Assembly: GCA_043228905.1 (NCBI GenBank)
Contig: JBHGNT010000005.1
Coordinates: forward strand, 22,692,001-22,756,000
DNA: 64,000 bases
Direction: 5' to 3'
Source: Azolla caroliniana
Lineage: Eukaryota; Plantae; Polypodiophyta
Below are positions 27,501 to 38,300 of the stretch, one piece after another; position 1 is the first letter of the stretch; each line of letters starts with the position of its first letter. Below the pieces are notes generated by a model. The model did no database searches. It was not told where the DNA came from and saw only the letters and a program-made list of their open reading frames with translations. The translations under genes were made by a program, and so were the position numbers.

Positions 27501-29825
27501 CGAAGTCCGAAGGGTAACATTCTCCGATGTGCCGACCCTTCAAGAAGGCCCCGCTCTCAACACACGGTCAGCTTCACGGGTAGCTGAACCTTACACTACC
27601 GACTCGGACAACTCTGACTCGGCACAGCCGAATGATTCGGTTTCGGACCATCCGACCTCGATACCCGATGCGACCAGTCCAATCATACCTCGACGATCCG
27701 AGAGACAGTTGCAACCTCCGGAGAGGTATTCTCCTGGAATTTTCTTCACCGACGCCGGCGAACCGACGTCTTACGAAGAAGCATCGACATCTGTCGATTC
27801 AGCCACCTGGCATCTGGCGATGGAGTCGGAAATGCACTCCATTCGGGCAAACAAGACTTGGGATCTGGTTGAATTACCCAGGAACCGACGTGCTCTTCCT
27901 TGCAAGTGGGTTTATCGACTAAAAGAGACGTCTGATTCGACCACCCCAAAGTACAAGGCCAGATTAGTTGCGAAGGGCTTTCGACAAGAATATGGCGTCG
28001 ACTTCGACGAGATTTTTTCACCAGTGGTGAAAATGACAACCCTTCGTTTCCTACTCGGCGTAGTGGCAGCCGACAACTTGGAGCTGATTCAGCTAGATGT
28101 CAAAACAGCCTTCCTCCATGGTGATCTTGAAGAGGAAATTTATATGGAGCAGCCAAAAGGCTTCGTGGCAACTGGCCAAGAACATCTAGTCTGCCGACTC
28201 AGGAAGAGTCTATACGGCCTCAAACAGGCACCGCGACAATGGTACAAGAAGTTCGACGACTTCATCCAATCGATCGGCTTCTCCAAAAGCGATGAGGACC
28301 ATTGTCTCTTCACCAACACAGCTCAAGATGGATCACCCATCTTCCTCATCATTTACGTGGACGACATGCTAATTTCTGGACGCCACGCGGGCGAACTTGC
28401 CGATCTCGTTCGGCAACTGCGGTTGAAGTTTGCCATGAAGGACCTCGGTCCGGCACGACACATCCTTGGCATGAAAATTAGTCGGCATCGCGATAAACAA
28501 CATCTCTTTTTGTCTCAGACCGACTATATCGGACGTGTCTTGGAACGCTTCAACATGCAATCAGCCAAATCTGCTTCAACCCCGCTCCCAATGAATCTTC
28601 GGCTCTCTCAGCGAGACTGCCCGCCATCCGGCCCGGAGGGGGAAGATATGAAGTCGGTACCGTATGCACCGGCAGTCGGCTCCCTTATGTACCTGATGGT
28701 CGCGACACGGCCTGATATTTCTCATGCCGTAGGAGTCGTTAGCAGATTTATGCACAATCCTGGCCGATCGCATTGGAACGCAGTCAAGCATGTGTTCAGA
28801 TATCTGGCTGGCACAAAAGACCATGGCATTCTTTTCGGTCCGAACCGAACCTCAGGCGTAGTCGGTTACACCGACTCGGATTTCGCCGGCTGTATAGACA
28901 GTCGGAAATCAACAACCGGATACTGCTTCAAATTCGGCAATGTAGCAATCTCGTGGAAGTCGAAACTTCAGGAGTGCACAGCGACCTCAACGACCGAAGC
29001 AGAATATGTAGCTGCGTCCGACGCAGCAAAAGAAGCTTTGTGGCTCGGTCGGCTGGCGCACACGTTTCAACAAGTCGACCATGACTCAGCTCCAGTTGTC
29101 TACAGCGACAGTCAAGGTGTTGTTGCCTTGTCGAAAAATCCGGTTCACCACAACGCCTCCAAACATATCGACGTTCGATATCACTTCGTTCGGGACTGCG
29201 TCATTTCAGGGAAAATCGGTCTAGAGAAAATATCCACAACCGACAATGTCGCAGATGGAATGACCAAGTGTCTTTCGGCAGACCGTTTTCGGTCTCTTCG
29301 GCATCAGATGGGCGTAACGACAAACCAGTCCGGTTAGAGCCGGACACAGAGCAGGATGGTTCCCGACAACCGACATCAGTTGCTTAATGATCGGCTTCAA
29401 CTGTTCCGACCCGACCAGTTCGGTCTTCTGCCTTCGGACCCTGCCGACTCGAACAAAGCTGATATGTCCGAGAACCTAAGTCTATACCTGTAATCTAAGA
29501 TAACCCATGTATACGCCCATTACGGGGGAGTGTCGAATACATGTGTATAATGGACGTATTCACACTATCCCGTTTTGGCCATTTATGTAATTAGCATAAA
29601 GGGTAGTTGCCCTAAGTCGGTCACTATATATAGTGACCTTGTAACCTTTTTGTGAGGTTGGGTGTTGTATTATTGCTTTGTGAAATAAAGAGTCTTTTGT
29701 GTGTGTGTGTGTGTCTCTCTCTCTCTCTCTCTCTCTGTGCAACGACCTACATTCTGTCATACGCAGGTACTCAGCAAGGATCGAATGCTTCTTGATCTTC
29801 CGCATAGACGACCTCGTCTCCAACA
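24341..29825 (+). mobile_element. Copia element C, same family as A, inserted in the 3' LTR of B. LTRs 24341-24633 and 29531-29825, PBS 24636-24647, TSD GTTAG
   Basis: The LTRs are near-identical. GTTAG lies at 24336-24340 and 29826-29830, and the PPT ACGGGGGAG precedes the 3' LTR. Confidence 0.98.
25324..29337 (+). pseudogene. Gag-Pol polyprotein of element C with a single in-frame TAA at 26740-26742
   Basis: ORFs 25321-26742 and 26821-29337 are in the same frame. CCHC knuckle CNYCKKPGHIKADC, DSGAS protease, integrase, YVDD RT and RNase H are present. Confidence 0.93.
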
Positions 29826-30016
29826 GTTAGGGCTGGATCGGTGCGTAAACCGGGAGGCCGTTAGGAAAGATATTCCGTGAGGAATATATTTGGGAGTTAG
29901 TGTAGGAGCTCTTAGTGAGCATTGAAGTACTGTCAGTACTCTTGTCAGTCCTTCTAGGACTTGTATAAAAGTGTTCATTGAACACACATATGTATAGGAT
30001 AGTGAATAGAGATTGA

Positions 30017-33000
30017 TGTTGGGATTACGGTCCCTTCGGATGGGATGGTCGGATGTCGGAGATGAATGCCGACGAGCCCGGTTTCGGTTTTGGAACCGGA
30101 TGATGAAGACCCCGGCTTCGGAGCCGGATGACGAATGTACCCGGAGAGCGATCCGGATGCAGGGACATATCCGTGAATATGTTTGCTATAGGCCCCTGAG
30201 GCTATAGTTGTAAATAGCCCCAAAGTCATATATGTATAAATATGACTTAGGGCAAACTGTTTTGTAGTTGCTTCTTATTTTTCTGTTTTTCCACTCGAGA
30301 GGAGTGAAGAGAGAGCAGCCGTGAGTGAGATAGAGCGTGAGAGAGGAAGAGGTCGACGCCTCTGTGTAATTCCGCCGCCTGTGGCGAGGACAGCGAGCTC
30401 AAGGTCGTCGCCTTGCAGCTCGCCATTGTATATTTCTCTGTGCATAGCTTTGGTTCGGAGTCTTGTACTCCCGTGGTTTTTCCCGTACAGGGTTTTCCAC
30501 GATAAATCGTGTGTCCACTCATTTACTTTTGCATTTCCCATTTTCTGCAACAACGATTCGTGTGGTTCCTTGGTTGTAGCCGAGAAGTGGAGTTTGGAAA
30601 GTTGCGATTATTTCCATCAATTTGGTATCAGAGCAGGCTGCTGCAGAAAATGGAAGGCGGCGGCAGCGGGCAGCCGGGGATGATGGTGCTGAATGCGCAG
30701 AATTACGCCGACTGGAAGATCAAGATGGAGGATCTTCTGATTGTTCGGGACCTGTACGAACCGATTGACAGGTCGGAAATACCGAAGGGGGTACTTGAGT
30801 CGGAATGGAGGCTTCTGAACCGGAAAGCCGTTGCAACCATTCGGCAATACGTCGATGTGAGCGTTCTACAACATGTGGCGAACGACATCAACGCATATGA
30901 GATGTGGCGGAAGCTGTCGGGCCTCTACGAGAGGAAGAATGCGTTGAACCGGACCTCCCTGATGAGGAAGATAGTGAACCTCAAGTACCGGGACGGCGAG
31001 AGTATGGTGGAACACGTAAGCACGTTCATGGGATTCGTGAACCAGCTTGCGGCGATCAAGTTCCCGCTGGAGGATGCAATGCAAGCCATCATTCTGATGT
31101 GTACGTTGCCGGAAAGCTGGGAGAACTTGGTGGTGACTCTCAGCACCTCCTGCACGGAAGATAACTTGTCCCTACAAACGGTAAAGACAAGTATTTTGAA
31201 CGAAGAAGCGCGTCAGAGAGATAAAGAACCGGCCTCCGACTCGAAGGCGCTGCTTACCGAATCGGAACGAGGAAGACAATGGAACCGGAGTCCGCAAAGA
31301 CGGGAGAAGTCGGGGACCCGGTCGCAGTCAAGAGGAAGACCCACATGCTTCCACTGTGGGAAGCCGGGGCACTTCCGGAAGAATTGTCGGCATTACCGAA
31401 AGGACAACGGAGCCGACAACACCGATTCGAAGAAGTCACCGGAGAGAAACGGTGCATATCGGGGAGCCACGGACCGGAGAGGTCCGGATCGGCGAGGGCA
31501 GGACCGGAAAGGAACGACGGCACTCGCGGCAAGTGAGGAAGAAATCATGCTCATCACCGAAGAAGGTGAACTAAACATTGCCGGCGATGAGACTACCTGG
31601 GTGGTCGATTCCGGAGCGTCGTTCCACCTGACCCCGGAAAGAAGATACTTCTCATCCTACACAGCCGGTGAGCATGGCTGTGTTCGGATGGGAAATGAAG
31701 GTACGTGCCGGATTGCCGGCATAGGAGACGTGTGGTTGACAACCCCGACCGGATGCAAAATGCTGCTGAAGGATGTCCGACACGTTCCGGAGGTTCGATT
31801 GAACCTGATTTCGGCCGGGAGGCTAGACGATGAAGGCTACACAGGTAGCATCCGGAACGGCGTAATGAAGTTCAGCAAGGGAAGCCTGATAGTGGCTCGG
31901 GCCCGGAAAGTCAACACACTGTACCTTATGAATGCCTGGTTGTGTCCGGAAGAGTTGAACGTTGCAGCCGACACTGCCGGTGAGCTGTGGCACAAGAGAC
32001 TGTGCCACATGAGTGAGAAGGGGATGAAGAGGCTTGCAGAAGACAACCTTATTCCAGTGAAGCATGTGCACCTGGAGAAGTGCACCGATTGCCTGGCCGG
32101 TAAGCAGAACCGAACCTCCTTCCACTCAAGGCCACCGACGAGACGTAGCGCACCATTGGAGTTGGTGCACACTGATGTGTGTCAGGTAGAAACGAAGTCA
32201 CATGGCGGAGCCCAGTACTTCGTAACATTCATAGATGATCATAGCCGAAAACTGTGGACGGCACCGCTGAAGACAAAGGACCAAGTGTTGTGCGTCTTCA
32301 AAGAACTCCACGCGAGAGTGGAAAGGGAATCCGGCAAGAAGCTGAAAGCGATACGAGCGGATAACGGAGGGGAATACCGGGGGCAGTTCGCGGAGTACTG
32401 TCGCTCGAAGGGAATCCGGCTCGAGTTTACTGTGCCGAAGACGCCGGAACTGAACGGGCTGGCCGAGAGGATGAACCGGACCATAATGGAGAGGGTCCGG
32501 AGTATGTTGGCGCATGCGAAATTACCCAAGGGATTTTGGGCTGAGGCAATGTCGACGGCGACATACGTGATAAACAGATCACCCTCAGTACCTTTGGACG
32601 GAGACACGCCGCAGAGAGTGTGGACCGGTAGGGAAGTATCCTACCGGCATCTGAAGGTGTTCGGGTGTCTCGCATATGTGCATGTGGCTAAGGACCGGAG
32701 AGGAAAGCTAGATCCAAAGACCCGGCCATGCATATTTCTCGGTTACGGCGATGACGAGTTCGGCTACCGAGTATGGGACCCGGTCGACAAGAAGATATTC
32801 CGGAGTCGTGATATCATCTTCATGGAGAACAAGACACTCGCCGACTGGGAGTCGGAGAAGAAGATGAAGAGCTCCAAGTCGACCGGTGAGGATCAACTCT
32901 ACGAGGAGCAGTCCCGACCGGCAAGGGACCGGTTAGCACTCGAGGATCCGGCCGAAGACCGTGAAGAAACAGAACCGGCCGAAGAAGATGAAAATGATAC

Positions 33001-35336
33001 CGGAACCGGCCCCGATCCCGAAATGGATTCGGATGAAGAAGAATCGGAAGAACCGGTTACCGAAGCTCCGGAACGGAGATATCCTCTAAGAGAGAGAAGG
33101 GCCCCCCGGAGATTTCCGGAACCAGAGCACGTGCTGCTAACCGACGAGGGGGAGCCGGAGAGCTTTGAAGAAGCAAAGCATGACACCCAGAGCCGCAGGT
33201 GGTTGAGTGCCATGCAGGACGAGATGGATTCCCTGCATGAGAACCACACATATGAACTTGTGGAGTTGCCGAAAGGAAAGCGGGCACTTCGAAACAAGTG
33301 GGTGTTCAAGCTGAAACCGGGAGATGCCGGAAACCCCCCGAGATACAAAGCCAGGATCGTGGTGAAGGGGTTTCAGCAGAAGAAGGGCGTCGACTTCGAC
33401 GAGATATTTGCCCCGGTAGTGAAGATGACCTCCATCCGAACGGTGTTGAGCATAGCGGCAAGCATGGACCTCGAGGTAGAACAGATGGACGTGAAGACGG
33501 CATTCCTTCACGGTGACCTCGAAGAAGAGATCTACATGCAGCAACCGGAAGGATTCGAGAAGAAAGGGAAGGAGCACCTGGTATGCCGGTTAAAGAAGAG
33601 CCTTTACGGACTGAAGCAGGCTCCCCGGCAATGGTACCGGAAGTTCGACTCTTTCATGACCGACGAAGGGTACCTCAAAACGCAGTCCGACCACTGCGTG
33701 TTTGTGAAGAAGTTCGAAGGAGGAGACTTTCTAATACTCCTCCTGTACGTAGACGACATGCTGATCGTCGGACGGGACCAGGTCAAGATACGGATGCTGA
33801 AGAAGGCTCTTCACCGAACCTTCTCAATGAAGGACTTGGGTCCGGCGAGACAAATACTAGGGATGCACATCATCCGGGACTGGAGCAAGAAGTAGTTGTG
33901 GCTGTCACAGGAGAAGTACGTGACAAAGGTGCTTAAACGGTTCAACATGTCGGAAGCAAGACCGGTCGGATCGACCCTCCCGGCAAACTGCAAGCTGTCC
34001 AGCAAGCAAAGCCCCAAGACAAAGGCTGAGAAGGAGGACATGATGAAAGTGCCATATGCCTCTGCCGTCGGAAGCTTGATGTACGCAATGGTGTGTACAA
34101 GACCGGACATTGGATACGCAGTCGGAGTGGTGAGCCGGTACATGAGCAATCCCGGCAAAGAGCATTGGAACGCGGCCAAGTGGATACTCCGATACCTGAA
34201 GGGCACGGCAAACGTGTGCCTCCGATTCGGCTCCGGTAAGCCCGAACTCGACGGCTTCACCGATTCGGATATGTCGGCTGATGCAGATACCAGCCGGTCC
34301 ACATCAGGGTATGTGATGACGTATGCAGGGGGAGCTGTTTCATGGCAGTCGAGGCTGCAGAAGACGGTTGCGTTGTCAACCACGGAGGCGGAGTACATGG
34401 CGGCTGTTGAAGCCGGCAAGGAAATAATATGGATGAAGGACTTCATTAGAGAGCTCGGTATCCGGCAGGAGGAGTACCGACTCTACTGCGACAGTCAGAG
34501 TGCAATCCACCTTGCGAAGAACGCGGCCTATCACTCCCGGACGAAGCACATCCAGCGAAGATATCACTGGATCCGGGAAAGAATAGAAGACAAGGAGTTC
34601 GTGCTGACGAAGGTCCACACGGACGAGAACGGGTCGGATATGCTGACCAAGGTGCTCACACCCGACAAGCTGGAAGCATGCCGGAAGAGGATCGAATTGG
34701 AAAGACATCCCATGCCGAAGTGAAGGGGGAGTTTGTTGGGATTACGGTCCCTTCGGATGGGATGGTCGGATGTCGGAGATGAATGCCGACGAGCCCGGTT
34801 TCGGTTTCGGAACCGGATGATGAAGACCCCGGCTTCGGAGCCGGATGACGAATGTACCCGGAGAGCGATCCGGATGCAGGGACATATCCATGAATATGTT
34901 TGCTATAGGCCCCTGAGGCTATAGTTGTAAATAGCCCCAAAGTCATATATGTATAAATATGACTTAGGGCAAACTGTTTTGTAGTTGCTTCTTATTTTTC
35001 TGTTTTTCCACTCGAGAGGAGTGAAGAGAGAGCAGCCGTGAGTGAGATAGAGCGTGAGAGAGGAAGAGGTCGACGCCTCTGTGTAATTCCGCCGCCTGTG
35101 GCGAGGACAGCGAGCTCAAGGTCGTCGCCTTGCAGCTCGCCATTGTATATTTCTCTGTGCATAGCTTTGGTTCGGAGTCTTGTACTCCCGTGGTTTTTCC
35201 CGTACAGGGTTTTCCACGATAAATCGTGTGTCCACTCATTTACTTTTGCATTTCCCATTTTCTGCAACAACGATTCGTGTGGTTCCTTGGTTGTAGCCGA
35301 GAAGTGGAGTTTGGAAAGTTGCGATTATTTCCATCA
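30017..35336 (+). mobile_element. Copia element D, inserted in the 3' LTR of B. LTRs 30017-30619 and 34734-35336 (603 bp), PBS 30623-30634, TSD ATTGA
   Basis: The LTRs differ at only about 2 positions by eye. ATTGA lies at 30012-30016 and 35337-35341, and the PPT is GAAGGGGGAG. Confidence 0.98.
30650..34723 (+). pseudogene. Gag-Pol polyprotein of element D with a single in-frame TAG at 33893-33895
   Basis: ORFs 30509-33895 and 33896-34723 are contiguous in frame. Motifs: CFHCGKPGHFRKNC, WVVDSGAS, rve, LLYVDDML, SDMLTK. Tnt1-like organisation. Confidence 0.93.
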
Positions 35337-38300
35337 ATTGAGTACTGTTCTTGAATATAGTTCTTGTGTTTCTCTCTCTCTCTCACACTCTCTCTGTCTC
35401 TCCCGCATATACTGCGTAAGCTCAAGCTCTCCATTAAACCTGAGTGTTCTTCCTTCTGTTCAGTCTTCATACTTGCTTCCGCATGCTACTTTCTACAGGA
35501 CTCCTATGACGTGAGAAATATCAGGCCGTGTTGCAACCATCGCGTACATAAGGGAGCCGACTATCGGTGCATATGGTACCGACTTCATATCTTCCCCCTC
35601 CGAACCGGATGCGGGCAGTCTCGTTGAGACAGCCGAAGGTTAATAGGGAGCGGGGTCGAAGTAGACTTGGCCGAGTGCATGTTGAAGCATTCCAAGACAC
35701 GTTTGATGTAGTCGGTTTGAGACAAGAAAAGTTGTCGTTGATCGTGATGCCGACGAATCTTCATACCAAGTATGTGTCTTGCCGGACCGAGGTCCTTCAT
35801 GGCAAACTTCAACCATAGTTTTCGAACGAGTTCAGTGAGCTCTCCGGCATGCCGGCAAAAGAGGAGCATGTCGTCCACGTAGATGATGAGGAAGTAGGGA
35901 GACCCGTCTTGAGCTGTTTTGGTAAAGAGACAGTGGTCCTCATCGCTCTTTGAGAAGCCGGGCGATTGGATGAAGTCGTCGAACTTCTTGTACCATTGCG
36001 GGGTACCTGTTTCAAGCCGTAGAGACTTTTCTTGAGTCGGCAGACTAGATGTTCCTGGCCGGATGCCACAAAGCCTTTCGGCTGCTCCATATAGATTTCC
36101 TCCTGTAGGTCACCGTGGAGGAAGGCTATTTTTACATCTAGCTAAATCAACTCCAACTTGTCGGCGGCCATGACGCCAAGCATGAAACGAAGGGTCGTCA
36201 TTTTCACCACTGGTGAAAAGATTTCGTCGAGGTCGACACCATATTCTTGTCGGAATCCCTTCACAACTAATCTGGCCTTGTACTTTGGGTTGGTCAAGTC
36301 AAACGTCTCTTTTAATCGATAGACCCACTTATACGGAAGAGCACATTGATTCTTCAATAATTCGACTAAGTCCAATGTCTTGTTTGCCCGAATGGAGTGC
36401 ATTTCCGACTCCATCGCCATATGCCATTTGGCTGAATCGGCAAATGCCGATGCTTCTTCGTAAGACGTCGGTTTGCCGGCGTCGGTAAAGAAAATCCCGG
36501 GATAGTACCTCTCCGGAGGTTGCGACAGTCTCTCGGATTTGCGAGGTATGAATGGACTAGTCGCGTCGGGTGTCAATGTCGGATGGTCGGGTGCCTAGCC
36601 ATTCGACTGTGCTGAATCGGTGGATTTAGGATGAGAGGTGTCGGGTACCCGTGAAACCGATCTCGTATTGTGGGTTGGGCCTTCATGAAGGGTTGGCACT
36701 TCGGAGAATATTACCCTTCGGACTTCAATAGGCCTTTCGGCCGTTTTATGCATAGCCGACTCATTGAACACGACGTCCGAACTTCGGATGATTTGTTTGT
36801 GCTCGGGGTCCTAGAGTCGGTATCTGATCTCGCCGTCAGGTCCATACCAAGGGAAAACACATTTCCTTGATCTTGGTTTGAGTTTCCGACGATCGTATTT
36901 CGGTATGAGGGCGTATGCCTCACAACCAAAGATCCTCAGCTTGTCATAATTCGGCTTACTGTCGGTCCATACTTCCTGAGGTATTTGAAGTCCTAGAGGT
37001 CTACTTGGCGACATATTTATTATGTGTACTGCCGTAAGTAGAGCCTCCGCCCAGAAGCCATCCGACAGTCCGGAGTGTTGGAGCATGGATATTACGCGTT
37101 CTTGAATCGTCTGATTCATGCGTTCTGCAATTCCGTTCTGCTCTGGACTATAGGGTGTCGTATATTCACGTCGAATGCCACGTTCCCGGTAAAATTTGAC
37201 GAATTCGTCAGACTTGAATTCTCCTCCATTATTGGTTCGGGAACATTTTAGTTTCTGACCGGTCTGGTTTTCGACCATTGCAAGCCATTCGAAGAAGATC
37301 GAGAACACCAAATCTTTGGTTCTGATGGGGTAAGCTCACACCTTCCGAGTCGAGTCGTCAATAAAACTGACGAAGTACGAAGCACCGCCGAGAGACTGAT
37401 GTGGCATCAGGCCACAGACATCCGAGTGGACCAAATCGAGGGGACTCGATTCTCTTGGTGCTGATGTCGGATGTGATGCGGCTACCTGTTTGCCTTACTG
37501 TCAATGCTCGCAGAATTGGTGATCCGAGAAGGAGAGTTTGGGGATGTAATCGGCTCTGGATAGGTGTGTTATGTCGGCCTTGCTGAGGTGTCCAAGTCGT
37601 CCATGCCATAACGATGACACGGGGATATCAACAAAAAATAAGTCACCCTCTTTGAGTGTGACATATAAAGGGTACAAAGAGTGTACCTTCGGTCCTCGAG
37701 CAAGCAGGAGGTTCCCTTTGTGGAGTGTCCACCCTCCTGATGAGAATCCGGCATGGATGCTGGCTTCGTCAAGTTGTCCGACTAAGATCAAGGGTCTTGA
37801 GAGCTTAGGAACATGTCGGACGTTGTGCAGTACGAGTGCAAAGCCACCCGGAAGGTTGAGCTCTACGGTGCCGATTCCGATTATAGCACAGTGTTGCGAG
37901 TTTCCGACTCGAACTGAGTCGGAATACTGGTCCGAGTATTGCCGAAACTGAGATCGGTGAGGTGTCACATGATACGATGCGCCCGAGTCAAGAAGCCATG
38001 TGCTCAATTCCTCAGTCGTAAGCAGAACTTCTGATTCGACTGGGTTCTCTATGAACAGTATGTTCGGGTCGGTCGTCAAAATTTCGGCTGAAGAGCCGAC
38101 GTAGTTGACCTCCTCATGCCGGCTACTCTTCTTATCCGCTCTCTGAGCTTTGTCAGTTTTTGCTTTGAGTGCCCGACAGTCGGCTTTGATGTGTCCCTGT
38201 TTCTTGCAGTAGTTGCAGATTCGGTTGTCCTGGAACTTGCTCCAGCTTCGCTGATTGTTCGACGGTCGGGAAGAACTTCTTCCTCAGTTGTTCGATCGGT

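Larger units (their letters stand above)
18980..35497 (+). mobile_element. Copia element B, inserted in the RT of A. 5' LTR 18980-19345, PBS 19346-19357, gag-pol about 19418-24144, PPT 24211-24222, 3' LTR split into 24223-24340 + 29831-30016 + 35342-35497, TSD GGACT
   Basis: GGACT lies at 18975-18979 and 35498-35502. Motifs WYLDSGASNHM, GAG-pre-integrase, rve, YVDD and ADIFTKPL are present. Stops at 19640, 20093, 20945, 21029, 21824 and 23149, plus a frameshift near 22168. Confidence 0.97.

Noticed and set aside
33893-33901. Programmed stop-codon read-through in element D
   Set aside because: The context TAG-TTG-TGG is not the CARYYA read-through signal and the stop is in mid-RT. A nonsense mutation is simpler.
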